DNA of 63,119 nucleotides, counting the filler, from Klebsormidium nitens (lineage: Eukaryota; Plantae; Klebsormidiophyceae), in NCBI GenBank assembly GCA_000708835.1. It is 8 parts of 8 records of this genome, joined end to end, with 100 filler letters (N's around TTAATTAATTAA, not from the genome) between each part and the next. Parts side by side here need not be neighbours in the genome. Positions count along the whole stretch, not along the records: positions 25,320 to 48,383 come from DF237866.1; positions 48,484 to 55,347 come from DF237700.1; 6 more parts are not named here. One strand, written 5' to 3'. The stretch's first letter is position 1; every line of letters begins with the position of its first letter. Below, one piece after another: positions 43,504 through 52,400 of the stretch. Under the pieces are notes generated by a model, which worked only from the letters and a program-made list of their open reading frames with translations, did no database searches and was not told the origin of the DNA. The position numbers and the translations under genes are program-made.

Positions 43504-44448
43504 TCAGACCCTTCTGTAAACCCGCTCTGCAATCTCGGCAGAGTGGCCCATACTTGCTGCGATTGCGTGCCTCTCTTTCAAGGTGACCTCGTCCTTGTAC
43601 AGCTCACTCAGGAAGATCTTTCTCAGCATCCATGACCCTACGTGTTTCCCTTCCTTCTCAAAGATCTGCCCAAACGTCTTGCTCAGGTAGGCTGGAGACA
43701 TGTGCTGGTCCCCGTTTGTCAGATTCGAGAGGAGATATTTCCTCGGGAAGAGTTTGAGGCTGTCCGAAACAATCTTGTTGACAGCTCTTGGGAACGGGGT
43801 TGTCTTATCGCCGTACGCCTTGTGGGTCTTGTAATGACGCAGGAGCATCGTGTAGGATCCTGGTGGGCCCTCTACGAGTACGTTCAGCTTTTGATCTGCC
43901 TCTGACTGCTCTTGCCCGTGGGGTATGATCTTGACCTCTGCATAATCGTTGCGGAGAGGGTTCATCTTTGAGTACAGGTTCAGTATGAGGTGGTGCGTGA
44001 TAGTCCTGCGGTCTTCGAGATCAATCTCTTCGAGCTTTTTTCCAACGATTCGTTTTCGTATGATCCTCTGAAGCTTGTCAATCTTGTTCTTCACATCTTT
44101 GAGGGTGATCCAGTTTTTCAACTCGCGCTCCGTCTTTGTCTGCTCGAGGTTGTCCTTGCTTGCAACCTCCTTTAAGCACTTTTCGAGCTCCTCAGAGTAC
44201 TTGGAGTGCAGTTCGCCCTCGTCACAGCCTTTCAGGAGAACGACGATTGGGACGATGTAAAGCTTCCTGGACGCAGGCTTGTAGTGGCTGATTGAGCTCA
44301 TAACCGAGTCCAAGTCTCTCAGCCAGTGAATATCATCAAAGTTCTCTGATCCTGTGAGCATGCGGTGAAGGCGCTTGAGAATAGTAATATATTGTGTCAC
44401 TGTTGTGTCTGATCGCCTCTCGCCGGAAAGAAGGTTCCGGAGGTCCAT
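43504..44448 (-). CDS. Tyrosine recombinase/integrase (NCLDV/PLV type), catalytic residues intact
   Basis: NPLRND (R), HYKT (K), WMLRKIFLS (R), MGHS (H), RVY (Y). Confidence 0.9.
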   Translation of the reverse strand: MDLRNLLSGERRSDTTVTQYITILKRLHRMLTGSENFDDIHWLRDLDSVMSSISHYKPASRKLYIVPIVVLLKGCDEGELHSKYSEELEKCLKEVASKDNLEQTKTERELKNWITLKDVKNKIDKLQRIIRKRIVGKKLEEIDLEDRRTITHHLILNLYSKMNPLRNDYAEVKIIPHGQEQSEADQKLNVLVEGPPGSYTMLLRHYKTHKAYGDKTTPFPRAVNKIVSDSLKLFPRKYLLSNLTNGDQHMSPAYLSKTFGQIFEKEGKHVGSWMLRKIFLSELYKDEVTLKERHAIAASMGHSAEIAERVYRRV

Positions 44449-44648
44449 CCGCCCTACTTCAAACGCAGATAATTTTCTAACATGGAGTGCACTATTGATT
44501 ACTTCGGTACGGTTCAGACACAAATGGGCAGATGCGCAGGTGGTTTGTACCCCCATCCCTATTATCAAAACAACATCATCCCGATTTTGAAATACTCTTG
44601 AAAGTTTGTCTCCATCCGTGTATATGCGCACGCCCGTCATTTATTATA

Positions 44649-46085
44649 ATGTCATTGCATTCTCGTTTGAAACACGTGAATGTATATCTCACAAGTGGCA
44701 TGGATGACTTCAGTGTGGAGTACGCCAGTTTCAACGAAGATGGCACTCGTATGACTGCGACACAGAGGAAGGAAGCCAAGGAGGCTGCAAATTTCCTGAA
44801 GCGAGTCACCCACACTGTAGCACGGTGCAGAGAGATTGAGAGCATGCTGCAAGAGGTCCGGGCCATACTTCCTGCCTTTGACGAGAGACAGCTTGTTTTG
44901 CGGAATAGATGGAATAGCAGCCTGAAGCAGCTGAAGACAAGAGGGATTGACACCGTTCGTTACACGATGCCAGAGTTTGATGGAACGTGCCAGGAATGTA
45001 CTAGTGGTCTTTCAGAGAGAATGGCCTGTGCTATACTCTGTGAAACACATGTGAAGTGGGTATGCATTTCGTGTGTCCCAGGTGGAGAGCGCATAGAAGC
45101 AAAAGCTGCACTGAGAGCCCTCCGGCAGGAGGTAGAGACGAGGATGAACAATCTTCATCAGACATTGGGGGAGCTTGGGGCTTTAGAACTGCAAGGTAGA
45201 GTGCGCACTCTTATTGACATTGTGCAAGTACTGAAAAGCTCTGCAAGAACGCCGTTGGATGATGATGGTTCCCAGGACATATGGACAGGCATTAGGGGCT
45301 TTGAAAGGTATGCATGGCAACTGGCTCTGAGTGCAAGCCCTGAGTTTCCAGCTGACATCATAGGACAGTGCCTGGTCTATCAATCCATGACTGTCATTGA
45401 GCGCAAGGCTTTAGCTCAGCTGCATGCACGCGTGAAGGACATGCACAATCGGGTGTTCCATCTAGATATTGACCTGTTGATAAAAGAGTCCGTTGTGGGA
45501 AGGAACAAAGCTATTCGTGGGCGCTTCAAAGGCCGACTTGTGGAGGTAATCACGCTCGAGGATGCCAGGCGACAGTGGGACCTCCAAAAAGAGTTGTGTT
45601 CGAGTTGCGGTGAAGCCTTGCTGTGGAGCAGGCTGGTTGGAGGGACCACCAACTTTCCAGAGTTGGATCGGTCAGATGTGAGATTAGCCACATACGTTGA
45701 CAACTTTACTTGGATGTGCCACTGGTGCAATACCAGCAAGGGCTTACGGACAGACCTCCGTGCTTATGATGAAGCACTCTTGGACACTATCACAACAGTA
45801 CAGGAATCAATTGCCAACGGGGAAATTGACAATGACAAGGAGTCGCTTCTCAGAATGTTGCATGAGGAGATTGCTCGGCAGGCAAGCCGACAGGGCTTTC
45901 TGTCCATGACACAGAGTAAAACTGCCATATGGGGGCAATCTGCTGTGATTGATCCATGTCAGCTGTTGCAAAAGACGCAATGCGCCTCCTGTTCGGAAGC
46001 TCTGTTGTCTTTAGAAGGGCTTGGAGCACAGCCCGGCGCACAATACCTTGTGCTGCTTCCAGTCTTTCTTGAAGCAAGCCTGTGA
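44649..46085 (+). CDS. Cys-rich protein with HNH-like (His-Me finger) motif
   Basis: CSSCG...LDRSD..LATYVDN...MCHWCNTSKG matches the C-x2-C...DR-x-D...N...C-x2-CN-x2-K pattern; additional CxxC pairs and a coiled coil. Confidence 0.6.
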   Translation: MSLHSRLKHVNVYLTSGMDDFSVEYASFNEDGTRMTATQRKEAKEAANFLKRVTHTVARCREIESMLQEVRAILPAFDERQLVLRNRWNSSLKQLKTRGIDTVRYTMPEFDGTCQECTSGLSERMACAILCETHVKWVCISCVPGGERIEAKAALRALRQEVETRMNNLHQTLGELGALELQGRVRTLIDIVQVLKSSARTPLDDDGSQDIWTGIRGFERYAWQLALSASPEFPADIIGQCLVYQSMTVIERKALAQLHARVKDMHNRVFHLDIDLLIKESVVGRNKAIRGRFKGRLVEVITLEDARRQWDLQKELCSSCGEALLWSRLVGGTTNFPELDRSDVRLATYVDNFTWMCHWCNTSKGLRTDLRAYDEALLDTITTVQESIANGEIDNDKESLLRMLHEEIARQASRQGFLSMTQSKTAIWGQSAVIDPCQLLQKTQCASCSEALLSLEGLGAQPGAQYLVLLPVFLEASL

Positions 46086-46328
46086 GCAATACGTTGCCTG
46101 CCTGCATTGTGAACACCTCTGCCTGCTATGCTTACCACAAACCATGCACGAACCCGTGACCACAGACAGCCTGCTCTCAACTTCAGCAATAGACATCTGA
46201 ACGCTGGATTCCAATCTATCAGCTTCAAACACGAAGCGTTCTCTTTCAGCCAGGGTCAACCAGACGGCGTTGTTGCTCTCACTGCGTGGGTTCTGCACCT
46301 CGACCCTGATTGCAATCTTCCCCGGCAC
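46011..46328 (-). CDS. MYND zinc-finger protein
   Basis: CMVCG...RCSQCRQATYCSQACFKKDWKQHKVLC. Confidence 0.9.
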   Translation of the reverse strand: MPGKIAIRVEVQNPRSESNNAVWLTLAERERFVFEADRLESSVQMSIAEVESRLSVVTGSCMVCGKHSRQRCSQCRQATYCSQACFKKDWKQHKVLCAGLCSKPF

Positions 46329-46446
46329 ATGTGGAGGGCAGGGGTAGGACGCAGCTGAATAGGGGCTGCAGCTGTTAAGACGGCTCGTGGACCTGAACGC
46401 AGGTGCGTTTAAATCTCGTCAAAAAACCCTTGGGGTATCTCAGATC

Positions 46447-47220
46447 ATGACCAATGAGCAGCGCTACCTCGGCACCCATGCTGCCAAGCAGGTGCTTGGG
46501 GTCTGTGGGGCCACCCTCAGACAATGGGCCGACTCGGGCCTCATCACCTCCTTCAAGACCCCAGGGGGCAAGTACAGGTATCTCATCGACAACGTCATCT
46601 CAGGGGGCTCAGCGGACACAAGGGCCGAGGAGCTCCAGAGGCCCGCAACGGAGAAGCAGAAGGTCTGCTACTGCAGGGTCTCAAGCCTTGGCCAGAAGGC
46701 CGACCTGGATCGCCAAGCCCAGTACATGCAGTCCAGATACCCAGAGCACACAATTATCCGAGACATCGGCTCAGGCATCAACTTCAAGAGGAAGGGCCTT
46801 CAGACCATTTTGGAACTCGCATTCAGAGGCCGCCTCGAGGAGGTTGTGGTTGCCTACCGTGACCGGCTGTGCCGCTTTGCCTACGAATTGGTCGCCTGGA
46901 TCTTTCATCAGCATGGCGTCAGGCTCGTGGTACTCAATGAAGAGGTGGGAGGCTGCGAAGCCGAGCTCTCTCAAGACCTCCTGGCCATCGTACAAGTCTT
47001 CTGCTGCAGAGTCAACGGCAAACGGAAGTACAAGAGAGACAAGCCTCAAGAGAGTGATAAGGATCAGGATCTATCCCAATCAGGAAGGGCGGACGATCCT
47101 GAAGCGCTGGTTCGGTTGTGCCAGGAAGACATACAACATGGCCCTCGAAGCGCTCAAGAAGCGCACAGCCCACAAGCGGACGGAGGCTTGGCTCAAGAAC
47201 CGCTTCACCAGGGCCTCTAA
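46447..47220 (+). CDS. tnpA: IS607-family TnpA serine recombinase
   Basis: MerR-like HTH (AAKQVLGV...TLRQWADSG...TPGGKYRY), catalytic YCRVSS, DIGSG, YRDRLCRF, EL.QDLLAI..VF. Confidence 0.95.
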   Translation: MTNEQRYLGTHAAKQVLGVCGATLRQWADSGLITSFKTPGGKYRYLIDNVISGGSADTRAEELQRPATEKQKVCYCRVSSLGQKADLDRQAQYMQSRYPEHTIIRDIGSGINFKRKGLQTILELAFRGRLEEVVVAYRDRLCRFAYELVAWIFHQHGVRLVVLNEEVGGCEAELSQDLLAIVQVFCCRVNGKRKYKRDKPQESDKDQDLSQSGRADDPEALVRLCQEDIQHGPRSAQEAHSPQADGGLAQEPLHQGL

Positions 47221-48253
47221 CGTGTCGAAGGCCAATTCGTTCCTCCTTGACACGCCGACTCATGTCCGGGACGGGGCTATTGCTGACTTGATGAAGGGCC
47301 TGAGGAACGAGGTCGCAAAGAAGCGCAAGAACGGCTCTCACGCCTTCGAGATGAGATACCGGTCAAAGAAGGAAGTTCAGAGCTTATATCTGGAGAAGAC
47401 GGCCATCAAGAAGCTCATCCATGCAGATTCCCATTCTGACTTCCTCTCGATGTATCCGACTCACGTCACCAATGCAATTTTCCTTATCTCCAAGAAAGCC
47501 TCCTTACTGAACTGCCGAGGCAAAGTTTCCTTTGACGCGCGCCTCGTGATGGACAAGCTGGGTCACTTTCACATCCACGCCACTGTTGAGAAGGATGAGA
47601 TCCCTTCCGAGAACCAAGGAAGGGGTATTGTTGCTCTTGATCCAGGGGTGAGGACTTTCATGACCGCCTACAGCCCATCCGACAACGTGGCCTTTCAGAT
47701 CGCTCCAGGGTGCATTCAGCGCATGGTTCGGCTCGAGCACCATATTGACCGACTGCGCTCAGAGATCTCTCTGCTTCCTCCTCAATGCAAAGGACGAGCT
47801 CGTAGGATGCGCAAGGCAGCCTTAAGGCTGCATAAACGAGTCTCGAACCTCACATCTGAGGTGCATTGGAAGGTGGCACAGTTCTTGACCGATCGGTTCC
47901 AGACAATTGTTCTGCCCCCTTTTGCAACTCAAGAGATGTGCTCAAGGACCGGGGACAGACAAAGGAGGATCGGCAAGAGCACGAGCCGCAAGATGCACCT
48001 TTGGGGCCACTACACGTTCCGCACAAGGTTGGCAATGAAGTGCAAGGAGCGTGGATGCGATCTGAAGGTTCTCGATGAGGTGTACACAACCAAGACGTGT
48101 ACGGGCTGTGGATGGGTCCATGACACGATTGGCGGCTCAAAGGTCTTCCTTTGCCAGGGGTGTGGGTTGGAGACGGATCGAGACATCAATGGTGCAAGGA
48201 ACATCTTCCTCAAGCACCACAAGCGCCTGATGGGGGGCTCACTGCCCTCCTGA
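46937..48253 (+). CDS. Fanzor2/TnpB RNA-guided nuclease (frame open from 46454)
   Basis: IRIYP N-terminal motif; RuvC-I ALDPGVRTF; VLPPF in place of the canonical RuvC-II Glu with relocated Glu in LDEVYTTKTC; zinc ribbon CTGC...CQGC; RuvC-III DRDINGARNI. Confidence 0.93.
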   Translation: MKRWEAAKPSSLKTSWPSYKSSAAESTANGSTRETSLKRVIRIRIYPNQEGRTILKRWFGCARKTYNMALEALKKRTAHKRTEAWLKNRFTRASNVSKANSFLLDTPTHVRDGAIADLMKGLRNEVAKKRKNGSHAFEMRYRSKKEVQSLYLEKTAIKKLIHADSHSDFLSMYPTHVTNAIFLISKKASLLNCRGKVSFDARLVMDKLGHFHIHATVEKDEIPSENQGRGIVALDPGVRTFMTAYSPSDNVAFQIAPGCIQRMVRLEHHIDRLRSEISLLPPQCKGRARRMRKAALRLHKRVSNLTSEVHWKVAQFLTDRFQTIVLPPFATQEMCSRTGDRQRRIGKSTSRKMHLWGHYTFRTRLAMKCKERGCDLKVLDEVYTTKTCTGCGWVHDTIGGSKVFLCQGCGLETDRDINGARNIFLKHHKRLMGGSLPS

Positions 48254-48340
48254 AGGCTTTGCCTCGCTAGTGCCTCGGTACTTCAGTGCCGTGCATGGGA
48301 GCTGGTGAAGCTGAGGCTTTGGTTCCTTTCGTTCAGCATA
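48251..48340 (+). ncRNA. Candidate omegaRNA scaffold at the Fanzor 3' end
   Basis: Nested stem GCCTCGG(48272-48278)/CTGAGGC(48311-48317) enclosing CTTCA/TGAAG, at the position expected for TnpB/Fanzor omegaRNA. Confidence 0.55.
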
Positions 48341-49408
48341 CAAACGCCGGCATCTCGCCGTGTAATTTGAAGATACATGTGCTNNNNNNNNNNNNNNNNN
48401 NNNNNNNNNNNNNNNNNNNNNNNNNNNTTAATTAATTAANNNNNNNNNNNNNNNNNNNNNNNNNNNNNNNNNNNNNNNNNNNNACAGTGGCATAATTACA
48501 ATTAATTATGTCACATCAATACTGGCCACATGTCGACACGTCGACAAACTGGCAAACCCGAAGGTTTAACTGCCGTGCGATTGTGCGGTTAGACTTAACC
48601 ATAGCCCAATCGTCACAAATAATTCATGAATGCAGCATTTTATGTCTAGATCGACCATGAGTTGTTTCGGACCATCGACTGCATTGGCAACACACGGGAT
48701 CCCTTGGCAAGCTCTCGGCTGATACCAGTTCTTGTGTCCAATGAACCAGAAGCCTAAGGGCGTAAGAGATGCATATGGTTTGATCTGGACCATACAAAGA
48801 AACATCGTATTGGCTCTAGCGCTTATAGTCGAGCAGTATCACGAGGTTCTACATTACGTGCTCGGTGCACACTCTTCAGACGGTTGGAACCAACTTAAGA
48901 GTGTTTTTAATCTGCGTGCATACATGCTATTATCTGGTCCCGACATCATGAGAGGATGGAGACCAATCAGCATTGATCTCCATGGCTGACGCCAACCTTG
49001 ATTGAAGACTCTAGCTGGTGTCCAATCAAATCTCAATCCTATTGTCGTGCTAGACTAAGCGAAAGCGACTGTTCAAGCATTTTCCGGAGCGTAATTGACG
49101 GATATCAACCTTGAAAGATAGTGGTACTACGAATAATAACAGGATTCGTAAGCTGGTTACCAGCAAGCTAATAATTTTTGTACTTTGTCTCATGACATGG
49201 CAGACTGCTTCATCTGTTGTAGTCAGAACCACCAGGCATCGATGTTAGGAGTTTCCCTCCTGTTTCTGTACGTCAAGTGCGTATGTACAGGATCAACAGA
49301 TACTTTCTACCTGTCGAAAGGCCGCTGCCATTGCAGAGCACAACGAAACCCACATTGGCAACGCAACTCAACCAGCACGCTGGCCATCCTTACAACCCAC
49401 TGAACGGC

Positions 49409-52400
49409 CTAGGTGACAACGGTCAGATCCGCTGCGTCTGCCGTCCACTTGAGATACGGCCAGTCCCCGTCCCAACCTAGTTCGAAGCACCTCAGCCAAG
49501 GTGCGGCGCCATCCAAATACGAGTGCACAAACACGACGTCTGGCCGGTCGGGCTGGTCCAATAGCACAGACGCTCCGCCGATGCCCTTCCAGCAACGGCA
49601 AGTCTGGTCGTTCTCCAACGGAGTGAACCCGTCCGCCCCGATGCGTACGGCGTCGGCAGCTGGCAGCATCTCGTAACAGCAGCTGCCGTGCCCCGCGCCG
49701 GGGGCGGTCGGGAGGCCAGGGAGCTCCGCAAGCTTGAGGAAGACGTCAGCAATTATTTCAGATGATCATCGAAACTTGATATGGAGTGTGCCTTCAGCGG
49801 ACGACCGTGATCGATCGTTGGGATTCGGCAATGCAACTTGCGATCGGCAACCCTCCGTTGCTTTGTGAAGTTTGGAGATGCGAAATGGTGAAGAAACTTG
49901 GCAGCCTCGCAAACGTAATCAGATTCCGCTTTTGAGCCAGTCCGTCCTACACGAAGACACGAAGCAACACAGAAACGTAAGCGAAGTCCGGGCGGTCGAA
50001 CAGAACAGACTCAAGCTAGCTTTCGCAGGCATCGGGCTCTTACGCACCTCCAAAAAGAAAGGGGTTTACATGAGATCTGGATAACCTGCACTCCTCCCAC
50101 CGGAGCTATGACCAGTTGAAGTCGCTGAGTGGCGCCTCGAACTGACTTATCCACGCGGGATTGAACAAAGAAGACAGCCAATCCAAAGTAAGGTAGAAGG
50201 GCTCCTTCGGTTGAATCATAGAAGGGCGTTCAACGTCGCTCCCAAGGAACCAGCCAAACTGGACTCTACTGATCCCGATACTCAAAAAGTAAAGCACTCG
50301 CTGATCGGCTTTTTGAGTTTTTGTAAAGGAAAGGCTAGATGGCTCACATCTGGGAGCCTCCTCGCCACGAGGGGCCAGTGTCCCCCATCCACCATGCTCG
50401 TGCCGTTCCGATCAACGTAGGGGCCCAGAGGCCCCGTAGTTGAGCGCCCAACCTGGGAGACAACCATCGCTGTCAGCTCGAAAACGCTTCGTAGTGCCAC
50501 TGTTCTTGCAAGAGTCTAGGACAGGGGTCGATGTGAGACGTCGAGACAAGTCAGTGTTATTCGTAAGTCTTTTCTTCGTCAGCGTCATGACCCAGAAGCC
50601 GAGATCTAAGCATGGGGTTGTAAGAGAAAGACCACGACAGTGCACCTCGTCTGCCGTGATCCGACCAGGGTCATCATGACGGATCCCGCTTTACTCTGCG
50701 TTAAGCACCTGGGATGGACAAGCCAAAGCTTATAAGAGCAACTGTGGCGAGAGGTGGGGTCAAGTTCAGAGTCTGCTTCAGGCGCCGGTCAGAGTCAACA
50801 ACAGCTGGCCATGTAAGGTGACCCTTAATAGCACGCCAGCTAGATTCAGCGAATGCTGCTCACTGCAACACGGTACGGCTTCTCGTGGAAGTTGACGGCG
50901 CCGTCTGCCGGGCAGCAGTAGTCGTATGCGACAAAGACGTAGTACGAGTCGTTGGCGCGCCGGTATGCCAGCGTAGCGCCCTCGATGGGGTTGCTCTTCA
51001 CCCCCGGCCGCGCCCCAATGTGCACGGGGCGCGCGTTGGGGTCCAGCAGGTGACCCGTCTGGGGGTTGAGCTCCTGCATTCGAGAGGACGCAAATATTGC
51101 CTTCAGGTCTTTCGTTTCAGGTGTTCTACGGTTCTGTGAACAGGGTGGATAAGCGTCCCCAGTCAACCTCCTAATCAAACAAAGAATTGAGTGGCGCAGG
51201 CCCACTAACGTAGGGGTTCGAGATTGCAAAAAAAACTCTGGGTTTTTTGAAATTTCGAGAGACAATGTGCCCAACACCTCACTAAACGGTGGGTTGCTCC
51301 CACTGTTGATGCAGGTCAACGAGTGCTGATAAGGAAACAGCTTTGTTGACATCATCAGTCTCAAGTTCCAACCCCACTGCATGATTTACAACGTACCTGC
51401 ATGAAGATGCCGTCCCAGAAGCTGCCCCACGACATCCACAGCCGCCCCTGCAAATATACACAAAAACAAGATGAAGCGACACCTGTGTTTCGAGTCTTGC
51501 TGACCGCCAGCCAAATGTCTGCTCATGCAATAACTCGTTGAAACCAACGGACAATGAGGAGTCTCAAGCACTGGTTAGCCACCAGATACTAAATGTTCCG
51601 TTGATCTCGACTCGCAAAAGGCGATTTGTACTTATCGGTGTCAACACGAAGGAGACAGGTGAGGTCGGCGGCTCCGACAGGCGGCCCCCAGTAACTGTAC
51701 ATGATAATCAGCAATCAGAGGCCGAGACAGATACTAAACTTCGAAGTTGCCCTCTCTGTCGGGGCATTTTCAGAAGCGTACCTGGGGGTCGTTGAGGATC
51801 GCGGCATCGATCGCGTTGAAGTTGGCGAGGCGGCTCGGGGACTGGATCACGAGACCCTCGTCCTGCCAGGCGATGGGGCGGTCGTCCAGCGACAGAGTGG
51901 ACACGAGCCCGATCGCCGAGTTGTTCGTGCCGAAACTGCAATGACGGGGGCACAGGAGAGCCGAGGCTTAACAGGGAATAAATACACAGTCGGTGCATTG
52001 ACGCCAAAGCTGCAGGACAAAATCACATGTAGACTGTTGGGAGAGACTGGAAGGACTGCGGGGATCCGAGATTGACCTCTCTATGGGCTGGTGGGGGGGT
52101 TTTGGCCTATCAGTTGTCGAGCAATTCAGCCCATGAAGGCCAAGGACATACAAGAGGCGGGCAAGGTTCGTTGCGAAGGCTCTGTAGAGTGATGTTAAAC
52201 ATAATTCACAGAACATGCAGCTGTTTCAATTGATTTTGCCCAGTGGATGTCACCTGACCTTTAAAAGTTGCAACAAAGAGGTGCTGATCAAACCGGAGAG
52301 TATCGACGCAACAGTCACCAGATGCCTGGGATTCGATAAATTGATGACACAGTTTGACTCAAGGCAAGAGCAGGCCACAGTGTTGACGTCCTTACTTGGA

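Larger units (their letters stand above)
46390..48340 (+). mobile_element. IS607-like element (TnpA + Fanzor2); ends approximate
   Basis: Gene pair; short inverted motif CTGAACG (46393-46399) / CGTTCAG (48330-48336) is a candidate for the ends. Confidence 0.7.
22561..48383. mobile_element. Endogenous giant-virus (Nucleocytoviricota-like) segment
   Basis: About 25 short, intronless, tightly packed genes on both strands including two VLTF2-like genes, NCLDV-type conserved proteins, SWIB, SET, ABC1 kinase, SNF2 helicase and IS607; flanked by gaps; no PolB or major capsid protein seen in the window. Confidence 0.88.
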
